64,000 bases of DNA, from NCBI GenBank assembly GCA_035762545.1, contig DASTOM010000024.1, forward strand, positions 1,007 to 65,006, written 5' to 3'. Below the pieces are notes generated by a model. It was not told where the DNA came from and did no database searches. It saw only the letters and a list, made by a program, of their open reading frames with translations. The position numbers and the translations under genes are program-made. The DNA is from Acidimicrobiia bacterium. GTDB taxonomy: Bacteria; Actinomycetota; Acidimicrobiia; Spongiisociales; ZC4RG35. Positions 50,396 through 58,555 of this stretch are shown piece after piece; the first letter of the stretch is position 1, and each line of letters begins with the position of its first letter.

Positions 50396-51183
50396 GCGTC
50401 AGCTGTAGGGATACCCGCGGCTACGGCGTGGAATCCCCCGTCGACATGCACGATCTCACCCGACGTCATCGGGGCCCAGTCCGAGAGGAGCACGCAGACC
50501 ATCCGGGCCACGGGGTCCGGGTCACCTGTGTCCCATTTCAGTGGCGAGCGCTCGGCCCACACGTCGTCGAAGCCACTGAATCCGGGGATCGACTTGGCCG
50601 CAACAGTGGTCAGGGGTCCGGCCGACACCGCATTCACCCTCACGTTGTGAGGACCGAGGTCACGGGCGAGGTAACGGGTGACACTCTGCAAAGCCGACTT
50701 GGCCACACCCATCCAGTCATAGGCCGGCCACGCCTGGGTGTTGTCGAAGTCCATCGCCACGAGTGACCCTCCGCCCGCCTTCTCCATGAGCGGAAGCAGA
50801 CCGACCGCCAGCGTCTTGTAGGAGAAGGCCGAAACCGTGAAGGCAGTCTGGGCCGACTCGGCGGGCGTGGCGAGGAAGTTCCCACCTAGTGCATCGTCGG
50901 GGGCGAACGCGATGGCATGGAGCGCACCGTCGATGCCTCCCCACTTCTCGTCCAGTGTCGCCGCAACCGATGCCATGTGGTCAGGGTCGTTGATGTCGAG
51001 CTCGAGAACTTCGCACTCGACGGGAAGCCGCTGAACGCTTCGCTCTGTCAGCCTGAGGCCCCGGCCAAACCCGGTGCAGACGATCTCAGCACCCTCCTCC
51101 TGGGCGACCCGCGCCGTGTGCCAAGCGATCGAGTCGTCGGTCAGCACACCGGTGATGAGCAGTCTCTTGTTCTCGAGCAGCAT
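50392..51183 (-). CDS. fabI: enoyl-[acyl-carrier-protein] reductase (NADH), FabI/InhA type
   Basis: Internal ATG 51183 of track ORF 50392..51570: MLLENKRLLITGVLTDDSIAW..., YDWMGVAKSALQS (Y-x6-K), NAVSAGP. Confidence 0.88.
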   Translation of the reverse strand: MLLENKRLLITGVLTDDSIAWHTARVAQEEGAEIVCTGFGRGLRLTERSVQRLPVECEVLELDINDPDHMASVAATLDEKWGGIDGALHAIAFAPDDALGGNFLATPAESAQTAFTVSAFSYKTLAVGLLPLMEKAGGGSLVAMDFDNTQAWPAYDWMGVAKSALQSVTRYLARDLGPHNVRVNAVSAGPLTTVAAKSIPGFSGFDDVWAERSPLKWDTGDPDPVARMVCVLLSDWAPMTSGEIVHVDGGFHAVAAGIPTADA

Positions 51184-51545
51184 CAGAAGTTCACTCCAAA
51201 CGTTTGGATGCCTCGGATCCCTAGACCCATCGTGAACAGTAGAAGCAATCCGTAGTACAGGGCGGGGCGCTTCCGGAACTGGGCGCGATAGATGTACGCG
51301 AAGGCGAAGGTCACGGCGATCACCACACCGTAGAAGACGTGTTGGTCGCCGGGATCGATGTCCCCGTTCGTCATCACCCACACGCCCAGCAGGACCTGGG
51401 CAAGGAGGCTCGCGATCGCCAGACCGACCGCCCAATAGAAGAGCCTGGGGACGCTCTCGCGGCGATACATCGCCACGCCCCACAGACCGATGATCCCGTT
51501 GATCCAGATTGCGACGAGACCCAACGAGGCATGGATGCCACTCAC
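51183..51545 (-). CDS. small integral membrane protein (4 TM), unknown function
   Basis: 120 aa, entirely hydrophobic segments. The stop overlaps the fabI start. Confidence 0.55.
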   Translation of the reverse strand: MSGIHASLGLVAIWINGIIGLWGVAMYRRESVPRLFYWAVGLAIASLLAQVLLGVWVMTNGDIDPGDQHVFYGVVIAVTFAFAYIYRAQFRKRPALYYGLLLLFTMGLGIRGIQTFGVNF

Positions 51546-51612
51546 GAAACGGCAGCATAAACCCAGTCACTCACCGTGACCTGCGACTACACTGAGGGAA
51601 GGAGGCTGTTTC

Positions 51613-51879
51613 ATGTTCGAGGCGGTGCAGTTCGTCGAGTCACGAGACAACGGAGAGCCGATCGAGGTCGTGCTCGGTGAGTTCGACGACGAGTTGATGG
51701 CGGTGGATGTGGCCCGGCAGGCTCGTGACAGCTATGCGGCGGGCGAATCGGTCGACTTTGCCTGGTGGGTGGTGCGCGAGAAGGGGGCCAAACTCGCCAA
51801 CTTCATCAGTGACTCGACCAGCGACAGGGAGTTCGTGTTGGATCTTCGATCCGGCGAGCTGGTGGAGATCAAGTCATGA
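51613..51879 (+). CDS. hypothetical protein
   Basis: 88 aa, acidic. GGAAGGAGG RBS region upstream of the ATG. No family recognised. Confidence 0.5.
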   Translation: MFEAVQFVESRDNGEPIEVVLGEFDDELMAVDVARQARDSYAAGESVDFAWWVVREKGAKLANFISDSTSDREFVLDLRSGELVEIKS

Positions 51880-51954
51880 CCCGAGGTGACTCTGAACCGC
51901 GCCAGCTTTGGCGGGGGGTTAGCCGCCGCTGACCTTCGGGTAAGGCCCGGCTTC

Positions 51955-52458
51955 ATGGGAACGACCGTCACTGCTCGAACCCGCACCGATGACTGGTGGG
52001 TCAAGTTGCGAAGCCTTCTCGTGTTCGGCGCCGCCACCGCCCTGGTGGCGTATCTCGGATCGCTGGCGACACGGCAGGCCGTGGAGAGCGCATGGTTCGA
52101 GAGCCTCGACAAACCGGTCTTCTATCCCCCGTCGTTCCTGTTCGGTCTGGTCTGGACGATTCTCTACGTCATGATCGCGTTCGCCGGATGGCTGGCCTGG
52201 CGCAGCGATGGCGGAGTCCGAACCACCATGCCCTGGGCGATCCAGCTGGCCCTCAACCTCTCCTGGACCCTGCTCTTCTTCGGTGCCCGCCAACCCACGT
52301 GGGCACTGATATCGATCTTTGCCCTGCTCGGCGTGATCGTGTGGACAATGGTGGCAATGTGGCGTCCGAGTCGGACTGCCACGCTCCTATTCGTCCCTTA
52401 TCTGCTGTGGGTTGGCTTCGCCACCGCGCTGAACGCGGCGATCGTCACCCTGAACTGA
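51955..52458 (+). CDS. tspO: TspO/MBR tryptophan-rich sensory protein
   Basis: WFESLDKPVFYPPSFLFGLVWTILYVMIAFAGWLAW, five TM segments. Start is ATG 51955 or GTG 51886. Confidence 0.85.
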   Translation: MGTTVTARTRTDDWWVKLRSLLVFGAATALVAYLGSLATRQAVESAWFESLDKPVFYPPSFLFGLVWTILYVMIAFAGWLAWRSDGGVRTTMPWAIQLALNLSWTLLFFGARQPTWALISIFALLGVIVWTMVAMWRPSRTATLLFVPYLLWVGFATALNAAIVTLN

Positions 52459-52960
52459 CGCTGCGGAACGGCTCCGCGTACACGAAGGCCCCGGTGACAC
52501 CCCGCCAGCCCGGAAGGGGAAGCACCTGGAAATAGTCGCCCCAGGATGGTTCGGGCGACACCACCCCGAGCGATGAGGCCGGGACGAATCCGAATCGCCG
52601 GTAGTAGCCGTAGTCGCCAACCAGACCTATCAACTGCTCGGAGATGTCTGTGGCGATATCGATGGCGGTGCGCATCAGTGCCGTTCCGATTCCCGCTCGT
52701 TGCCGGTCGGGCCTCACCGCGATGGGTCCCAGTGCAAGCACCGGTGTCTCCCCCACATGTGCGCGCGTGCAGAGACACTGTCCGACGACGCCGTCGCCGT
52801 CCTCCGCGACGAGGGACAGCGCTGGGATCCACGCCGGACCTCCCCTGAGACGCTCGATCAGGACATTCTCCACCGATCGTCCACGATCGGAATCGAAGGC
52901 CGCATCGACGACGGTCGCGATCTCGGAGATGTCGTGGGGGCGCTCGGCGCGGATCAGCAC
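52445..52960 (-). CDS. GNAT family N-acetyltransferase
   Basis: 171 aa. VRPDRQRAGIGTALMR acetyl-CoA motif. Confidence 0.8.
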   Translation of the reverse strand: MLIRAERPHDISEIATVVDAAFDSDRGRSVENVLIERLRGGPAWIPALSLVAEDGDGVVGQCLCTRAHVGETPVLALGPIAVRPDRQRAGIGTALMRTAIDIATDISEQLIGLVGDYGYYRRFGFVPASSLGVVSPEPSWGDYFQVLPLPGWRGVTGAFVYAEPFRSVSSG

Positions 52961-52971
52961 GTCGCGATCCT

Positions 52972-53472
52972 ATGGTTCCGGGCATGGGCATCGGGTCTTT
53001 GCATTGCGTCGTCCTCGACGTCGGCGACCTCGAGGTAGCCGAGCGGTTCTGGAGCGAGCTGACCGGCCTCGAGGTCATCGGGAGCAACTACGCAGAAAGG
53101 TTCTCCTGGCTGGGAACCCCCGAGCCGTGGCATGCGGAGATGATCCTGCAGGCCCGCCCGACGGTCAAAGGCAGGGACGCCAACCGATGCCACGTGGACA
53201 TAACCCCGGACCAGGGGGTCGACGCCGCCATCCAGGCAACTATCGCTATCGGGGGGTCCATCAAGAAGGAGCCGAGTATCTATCCCCGCCCGGGTTCCCT
53301 CCCCGACCGTCGCCCACTGATCGACTGGGCAGTCATGCAGGACCCATTCGGAAACGAGTTCTGTCTGGTCCACGATCTCAGCCGCGAGCAGTCTGATGCC
53401 GTACTCGCGGCCGCAGGGGCCGGTGTCACGGACGATCACGGTCTCCGCGTCGCTGCAGGAGTCACCTCCTGA
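52972..53472 (+). CDS. VOC (glyoxalase/bleomycin-resistance) family protein
   Basis: LHCVVLDVGDLEVAERFWSELTG...MQDPFGNEFCLV. Confidence 0.75.
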   Translation: MVPGMGIGSLHCVVLDVGDLEVAERFWSELTGLEVIGSNYAERFSWLGTPEPWHAEMILQARPTVKGRDANRCHVDITPDQGVDAAIQATIAIGGSIKKEPSIYPRPGSLPDRRPLIDWAVMQDPFGNEFCLVHDLSREQSDAVLAAAGAGVTDDHGLRVAAGVTS

Positions 53473-53522
53473 ACCTCAAGCATCACCGCCTCTCGATCCC
53501 CGCCATTGTCGAGGCAGGTGAT

Positions 53523-54437
53523 GTGATCGACCCGCTCTTCGTGAACAGCCCACAGTTCGAACACGGGCCATTGTCCTCGGCTGTGGGGTGCAGCCTGACC
53601 TTGAAGATCGAGACGGCCAACCCGATCCGCTCGTTCAAGGGGCGAGGAGCCGACTACTTCATGCAGAAGGTCGTCGAGCGTGGTGAGTCACGACCGCTCG
53701 TGTGTGCCAGCACCGGGAATTTCGGACAGGCAATGGCGTACGCCGCCCGGTCCCACGGCCGCAACATGACCGTCTTCGCCGACCTGAACGCCAACACCTC
53801 GAAGCTGGGCCGGATCCGTGACCTCGGCGCGGAGGTTCGCCAGGTCGGGGACGACTTCGACTCCGCCAAGTCGGCGGCGCGGGCCCACTGCGAATCCGCT
53901 GGCGCATGGATGATCGAAGACGGTCGTGAGCCCGAGATCAGCGAAGGCGCGGGAACGATCGGCATGGAACTCACCGGTTCCGGAGCCACATTCGACGTCG
54001 TCGTCGTTCCTGTCGGCAATGGCGCCCTGATCAACGGTGTGGCGAGGTGGGTGAAACACGTGTCCCCGGCCACCGAAGTGATCGGAGTGTCCGCATCAGG
54101 TGCTGATGCGATGGCCGAGTCATGGCGATCAGAGAGGATCGTGGAACGGGCAAGTGTCGACACCATTGCCGAGGGCATCGCCGTCCGCATCCCCGTGCCT
54201 GAAGCCCTCGAGGACATGGAGACGATCATCGACGACATGGTGCTCGTCGACGACGTGGCCATGGTCGAGGCGATGCGTCTCATTGCCCGGACCACGGGTC
54301 AGCTCGTCGAGCCCTCAGGAGCGGCGGGCGTGGCCGCGATCCGATCGAACCCCACCAGGTTCGAAGGTCGGACCGTCGCAACGGTGCTGACCGGCAACAA
54401 CCTCACGGAGGATCAACTGGCCCGATGGTTGGGCTAG
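53523..54437 (+). CDS. PLP-dependent enzyme, threonine dehydratase/serine racemase-like (fold type II)
   Basis: LKIETANPIRSFKGRGA (PLP Lys), ASTGNFGQAMAYAA, VVPVGNGALI. N-terminus is uncertain (GTG 53523 is the first canonical start). Confidence 0.75.
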   Translation: MIDPLFVNSPQFEHGPLSSAVGCSLTLKIETANPIRSFKGRGADYFMQKVVERGESRPLVCASTGNFGQAMAYAARSHGRNMTVFADLNANTSKLGRIRDLGAEVRQVGDDFDSAKSAARAHCESAGAWMIEDGREPEISEGAGTIGMELTGSGATFDVVVVPVGNGALINGVARWVKHVSPATEVIGVSASGADAMAESWRSERIVERASVDTIAEGIAVRIPVPEALEDMETIIDDMVLVDDVAMVEAMRLIARTTGQLVEPSGAAGVAAIRSNPTRFEGRTVATVLTGNNLTEDQLARWLG

Positions 54438-55009
54438 ACGTCCGACTCCATCAGTAAATCGGCACGGCTATCGGATACCGAAGCCAAGCCCAGAATCAGC
54501 CATCCGATTCCGGGATAGGAGAACCACCACGGAGAAGCGACAAAGGCGTCGGTGATGTCGAGCGGCGACCAGTACGCCACGGCTCCGATCAAACCGGTAG
54601 CGAGAAGCGCCAAACCTCCCCATCGTCCCAAAGAGCCGTCTCCGATCAGACCGATTCCAGCCGCCGCGAATACCACCGGCACGACGAAGAACAGAATGCC
54701 GACCGCCACCACCACCAGGAGATACGTCAGGGCGAGGTCGGGAAGACCCGAGCCGTATGAGAGCATGCCGAGTGCGAGGAGGAACGCGGAGACCGACAAC
54801 GCTCGCACGCTGAGCCTCGCCCACTTCGAGATCAGGTCCGTGGACAACGACGCTGCACCCCAGCCTGCCAGCAAGCCACCCAACAACGCCAACCCGACCA
54901 CCGGGAGAGGGAGCGGGTCCTCAGCGGAATCGAAAGCCAGGCCTGCCGCGACTGACCCTGCGAGCCAGGTTGCGCCTCCAGCAATCAGAAGGAACCCAGC
55001 CCGTCGCAC
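54434..55009 (-). CDS. integral membrane protein, unknown function
   Basis: 191 aa, 5-6 hydrophobic segments. Last gene of the PH-SHOCT/ligase operon. Confidence 0.55.
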   Translation of the reverse strand: MRRAGFLLIAGGATWLAGSVAAGLAFDSAEDPLPLPVVGLALLGGLLAGWGAASLSTDLISKWARLSVRALSVSAFLLALGMLSYGSGLPDLALTYLLVVVAVGILFFVVPVVFAAAGIGLIGDGSLGRWGGLALLATGLIGAVAYWSPLDITDAFVASPWWFSYPGIGWLILGLASVSDSRADLLMESDV

Positions 55010-55014
55010 CTCGA

Positions 55015-56637
55015 TTACGTCCCTGAGTCTGACTCCATCAACAGATCCGCGTACTGGTCCCGCACGACCTTCTTGTCGAACTTGCCGGTTCCGGTCTTGG
55101 GAATCTCATCGACGAACACGATCTCGTCCGGTAGCCACCACTTGGCGACCCGGGTGGAGAGGTGGTCGATCAACTCCTCCGACGTCGCTTCGGCCCCTTG
55201 GGCGAGGACCACGAAGGCGGCGGGACGCTCCTGCCACTTCACGTGCTTCAGCCCGACCACAGTCGCCTCGGCCACCGCGGGATGTGCCATCAGTTCGTTC
55301 TCGACATCGAGAGAACTGATCCACTCGCCGCCCGACTTGATCACGTCCTTGGCCCGGTCGGTGATTCGTATGTAGCCCTCGGGTGTGATCTTGCACACGT
55401 CTCCAGTGCGGAGCCACCCGTCCTCGAAGGACTGAGGAGTCCGATCGTCCTTGTAGTACTCGGCGGCGATCCACGGCCCTCTGATCAGCAGCTCACCGAA
55501 CGCCTCTCCGTCGTGAGGGAGCTCATCACCCACCTCGTCGACGATCTTCACCTGAAGGCCCGAGGTGGGGATTCCAGCCGTCTCGAGTCGATCGAGTTGA
55601 TCCTGGAGGTCCCACTCCTCCATGTGGGGCTTGAGATAGGCCATGGAGGCAACCGGGTTGGTCTCGGTCATCCCCCACCCCTGGATCACCCGTATACCGC
55701 GGTCCCGCCAGTACCCCTCGATCATCGACCGGGGGACGGCAGAGCCTCCACACAAGAAGGCCCGGATCGAGGAGACGTCGATCTCGGGATGGGCATCGAG
55801 ATACTGCTTGATCCCCATCCAGACCGTGGGCACTCCGGCACTGAACGTCACCTTCTCCCCCGTGAACAGGTTGACCAGACCCTCGGGTGACAGGTCGGGC
55901 CCCGGGTAGGTCAGCTTGGCGCCCTTGGTCGTGGCCATGAACGGATAGCCCCATGCAGAGGCATGGAACATCGGGACCACAGGAAGCACATTGTCGGTGG
56001 GCTCGATGGCGAAGTTCGCCAGGTTCGAGATGGTGTGCATGTAGGTGGACCGCTGGGTGTAGGCGACGCCCTTCGGGTTGCCGGTAGTGCCCGACGTGTA
56101 ACAGAACATCATGGGTGACCGCTCGTCGAGCAGCGGCCACTTGCCGTGCTCGGCCTGGTCGGCGATCAAGTCTTCGTAGGCGACCGAGCCCGGGATGGCA
56201 TCGGACGCCTCCGGGCCCATGATCACGAAGGTCTCGACCGTCTCGAACCTGTCGGCCATCGGCGCCAGCAGCGGAACGAGATCGGGGTCGACGAAGATGG
56301 CCTTGTCCCGGGCGTGGTTGACGATGTAGACGATCTGGTCGGCGAAGAGACGGATGTTGATCGTGTGACAGATCCGGCCGGTGTTGGCGGTGGCCCAGTA
56401 CAGCTCATGATGGCGGTGGTTGTTCCAGGCGAAGGTGCCCACCGCTTCGCCCTGACCGACACCGAGGCTGTCGAACGCGGTGGCGAGTCTTCTGATCCTG
56501 GAGTCGATCCCGGCATATGTCCATCGGGAGACCGACCGGTCAGCGTCCACGGACACCACCTCCTGATCCGGGTAGATCCAGGCCGCGTGGTCGTAGAGCG
56601 TGGACAGCAGGAGGGGGAAGTCGTCCTGCATGTGCAT
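55015..56637 (-). CDS. long-chain/medium-chain fatty-acid--CoA ligase (AMP-binding family)
   Basis: Internal ATG 56637 of the 940-aa track ORF: MHMQDDFPLLL...; AMP motif FCYTSGTTGNPKGV, GWGMTET, TGDV...DRAKDVIKSGGEWIS, PKTGTGKFDKK. Confidence 0.9.
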   Translation of the reverse strand: MHMQDDFPLLLSTLYDHAAWIYPDQEVVSVDADRSVSRWTYAGIDSRIRRLATAFDSLGVGQGEAVGTFAWNNHRHHELYWATANTGRICHTINIRLFADQIVYIVNHARDKAIFVDPDLVPLLAPMADRFETVETFVIMGPEASDAIPGSVAYEDLIADQAEHGKWPLLDERSPMMFCYTSGTTGNPKGVAYTQRSTYMHTISNLANFAIEPTDNVLPVVPMFHASAWGYPFMATTKGAKLTYPGPDLSPEGLVNLFTGEKVTFSAGVPTVWMGIKQYLDAHPEIDVSSIRAFLCGGSAVPRSMIEGYWRDRGIRVIQGWGMTETNPVASMAYLKPHMEEWDLQDQLDRLETAGIPTSGLQVKIVDEVGDELPHDGEAFGELLIRGPWIAAEYYKDDRTPQSFEDGWLRTGDVCKITPEGYIRITDRAKDVIKSGGEWISSLDVENELMAHPAVAEATVVGLKHVKWQERPAAFVVLAQGAEATSEELIDHLSTRVAKWWLPDEIVFVDEIPKTGTGKFDKKVVRDQYADLLMESDSGT

Positions 56638-57239
56638 CAGCTGCCACCTCCGAGAAGCTTGCCCTTCTGGGCTTCGAACTCCTCGTCGCTGAGCTTGCCC
56701 TGGTCGTGCAGCCGGGAGAGACGCTCGAGCTGGGAGACGGAGTCTGAGCCGCCGCCACCTCCGTGGTCGTTCGAATGAATCCTCACTTCCCTGACCTTGT
56801 AGATGAGGGACTGGACGGCCTCGGGCTTGGGGATGTCCTTGTACCGGGTCTGACCGTGTGTCCCGGCCGACTCGATCATCAGGTCGCCAGTGCCGAAGAT
56901 CCTCTCGAAGATCGTCTGGTTGAAGGCGACGTTCTGGATCACCTCGAGCGGGATCTCGGTCCCCTGTTTGGCGATCAACCCGGCCCTGTAGATGATGCGC
57001 TCGTTGGTGATGACGTGATTGGTCGTCACCCACCGGGTGATGCCTCTCACGATCAGGACGATCACCAACCCGGCGACCGCCCACAGCAGCCATGTCGGCC
57101 AACCGAGGACCAGGACCAGAACAGCGAGCGCGATCCCGATGAGGATGATGAGACTCTCCCGCAAGATCCCGGACCAGTGCGGCCTGAATTCGGTCTCGAT
57201 GACTTCGCCCTCGCTGAGGAGACGTTTCGGGTAACCCAT
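56637..57239 (-). CDS. membrane PH-domain (bPH_2/YdbS-like) protein with C-terminal SHOCT domain
   Basis: ATG 57239: MGYPKRLLSEGEVIETEFRPHWSGI..., two TM segments, VTTNHVITNERIIYRAG...DLMIESAG, Gly run, then SVSQLERLSRLHDQGKLSDEEFEAQKGKLL. ATGA overlap with the ligase start. Confidence 0.75.
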   Translation of the reverse strand: MGYPKRLLSEGEVIETEFRPHWSGILRESLIILIGIALAVLVLVLGWPTWLLWAVAGLVIVLIVRGITRWVTTNHVITNERIIYRAGLIAKQGTEIPLEVIQNVAFNQTIFERIFGTGDLMIESAGTHGQTRYKDIPKPEAVQSLIYKVREVRIHSNDHGGGGGSDSVSQLERLSRLHDQGKLSDEEFEAQKGKLLGGGS

Positions 57240-57290
57240 GCACCGAGAATACCGGCGCACGGGTTTCCTGGTCGCCGTGTCGGATGTCAT

Positions 57291-57339
57291 GTCGAACCTG
57301 CATGCCGGACCTCGCTCCGGGACACGGTGCAGGCCCGAC
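57291..57339 (-). repeat. third copy of the 12-bp-stem / 25-nt-loop hairpin element
   Basis: On the minus strand, GUCGGGCCUGCA (57339-57328) pairs with UGCAGGUUCGAC (57302-57291). Two G-U pairs form on this strand only. 52 nt upstream of the PH-SHOCT start codon. Confidence 0.65.
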
Positions 57340-57390
57340 AGAAGGGCGTCCGACGGGAACCGGACGAGACGCCCGGCGAAGGACCAGCCC

Positions 57391-57443
57391 AGAACGCGAG
57401 AAACCCCGAGGGAGCATCGGCCGAAGCCTCAACCCTCTCGGGG
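57391..57443 (-). terminator. putative intrinsic terminator of the large RNA candidate
   Basis: CCCCGAGAGGGUUGAGGC[UUCG]GCCGAUGCUCCCUCGGGG (57443-57404) followed by UUUCUCGCGUUCU. Confidence 0.5.
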
Positions 57444-57811
57444 CTCTCATTTCCGATCGGCGTCGGGCCGGGGACCCAACTCCGTTCGGAGATGCAGCGG
57501 GACGAATCCCACTGCGTCGTGATTCGTGAGAATCACGTGGCGTCGGTTTCACAACCTGGCCCCTGGCGACCTCTCGGTCTCCCTGGGCCGACCTTCCGGT
57601 CCGCCGTGGCGAATCTTGCGACAAGCCGTGGTCCGTTTCCGCTCGACGATCCCGAAGGATCCCCTTCCGGTCCTGGACCGACCGTGCGCCTGCAGTTTCC
57701 CGCATGCGTTCGGCTGACCTTCCTGCCGGTTTTACCCGGCTCTCCGGTCCGACCAGTCCTGCGGTTACCCGCCGTGTCGGTCGCCGTCGTCGGGTTTCCC
57801 CGTCGACGTGG
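57391..57811 (-). ncRNA. candidate ~420-nt highly structured RNA, family not recognised
   Basis: No credible ORF in any frame. At least 10 local hairpins whose loops are GNRA or UUCG only on the minus strand. Flanked by a promoter-like TTGTCA-17-TACTTT and a terminator-like hairpin plus UUUCUCGCGUUCU. Ends are estimates. Confidence 0.6.
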
Positions 57812-57816
57812 CGGGA

Positions 57817-57845
57817 AAAGTAGACCACGCCCCCCACCCTGACAA
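57817..57845 (-). promoter_or_regulatory. sigma70-like promoter, TTGTCA (57845-57840) - 17 nt - TACTTT (57822-57817)
   Basis: Read directly. Same hexamers, same 17-nt spacing and a G-rich spacer as the promoter at 58556-58584. Confidence 0.5.
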
Positions 57846-57856
57846 ATCGAATGCGT

Positions 57857-57891
57857 CATTGTTTTTCGCGAGTTGTGAATCAGTTTTCGCG
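57857..57891. promoter_or_regulatory. CATTG + direct repeat TTTTCGCG-N13-TTTTCGCG module (copy A)
   Basis: CATTGTTTTTCGCGAGTTGTGAATCAGTTTTCGCG lies between the RNA promoter and the divergent gene at 57922. A near-identical module lies at 58597-58629. Confidence 0.5.
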
Positions 57892-57921
57892 CCCGGGTAA
57901 CCGACCCGTAGGTTTGCGGCA

Positions 57922-58398
57922 ATGGGAGCCCTCGCAGACTGCGAAGCCATCGTCGACTCGTTCTTGGGGCAGCGGGTCAACTCGATCACCACTCTGGCAT
58001 TCGTGGTGGCGGCGTTCGTGGTCTGGCGGTGGTCGACACGGGTGTGGGTCGCTATCGGTCTCTCCCTGACCGGTGTGGGATCGTTCTTCTTTCACGGACC
58101 GATGCCCTCGTGGGCGCAGGTGGCACACGACGTTTCCCTCTGGTTCCTCGTCGTCATCGTCATCGTCGAGATCGGACGCGACCTGTTGAGAACCAGAGAG
58201 TGGCGCCCCCTTGTCGGTCCGCTGACATTGCTGGCAGTCGTGGCGGTGATCGGTCGACTCGGAGCGACCGGGAACCCACTGTGTGATCCAGCCTCGATCT
58301 GGCAGCCACACGGCCTGTGGCACATCGGTGCGGCTACGGCGGTGACATGGTGGGCGGTTGCTACGGCACCCAAGACCCCCATGACGGATCACTCATGA
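57922..58398 (+). CDS. integral membrane protein, unknown function
   Basis: 158 aa, about 5 TM segments (ITTLAFVVAAFVVW, VWVAIGLSLTGVGSFFFHG, VSLWFLVVIVIVEIG, LTLLAVVAVIG, LWHIGAATAVTWWAV). Confidence 0.6.
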   Translation: MGALADCEAIVDSFLGQRVNSITTLAFVVAAFVVWRWSTRVWVAIGLSLTGVGSFFFHGPMPSWAQVAHDVSLWFLVVIVIVEIGRDLLRTREWRPLVGPLTLLAVVAVIGRLGATGNPLCDPASIWQPHGLWHIGAATAVTWWAVATAPKTPMTDHS

Positions 58399-58399
58399 C

Positions 58400-58549
58400 G
58401 CGGAAGAGCCCCAAGGGAGCCGTGACCGAAGTCTCAGCCCTCTTGGGGCTTCCGGGCCACTCACCCGGAAAGCGGGCCCCGGGATGGGTGACCTTCCAGA
58501 GTCGCCTTGCGGCTACTCCTTCCCCGACTGAGGTTGCCCTCATTCGGTA
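58400..58549 (-). ncRNA. candidate ~150-nt structured sRNA, shorter paralogue of the 57391-57811 RNA
   Basis: Promoter TTGACG-17-TACTTT. Hairpins GAGG[GCAA]CCUC and GCC[GCAA]GGC, a shared GGAAGGUC box, and a terminal UUCG hairpin homologous to that of the large RNA with two compensatory pair changes. Confidence 0.55.
58410..58449. terminator. stem-loop usable as a bidirectional terminator (plus: membrane protein gene; minus: sRNA candidate)
   Basis: CCCCAAGGGAGCCGTGACCGAAGTCTCAGCCCTCTTGGGG starts 12 nt after the stop of 57922..58398. Flanked by CTTCC (plus) and CTCTTCC (minus). The U-tracts are weak. Confidence 0.45.
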
Positions 58550-58555
58550 GAGCGG

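Noticed and set aside
57583-57725. GGAAGGTC boxes following a hairpin, reminiscent of the RNase P CR-I (GAGGAAAGUCCGG) or the SRP RNA CCGGAAGG.
   Set aside because: There is no partner P4 strand (ACAGAACCCGGCUUA-like), no CR-II/III/V, and no AGCA-type symmetric loop of SRP. The order of elements does not fit either family.
57745-57780. ACACGGCGGGUAA and GGACCGGAGAGCC, resembling guanidine-I (ykkC) conserved segments.
   Set aside because: The segments are in the wrong order relative to the ykkC consensus as I recall it, and the CUAGGGUUCCG element is missing.
55015-57837. 940-aa minus-strand ORF in the track.
   Set aside because: Only the last 540 codons (from ATG 56637) are AMP-ligase. Upstream it runs, in a different frame from the PH-SHOCT gene, through that gene and the non-coding RNA region as Arg/Pro/Gly-rich low-complexity sequence. 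This is a high-GC open-frame artefact.
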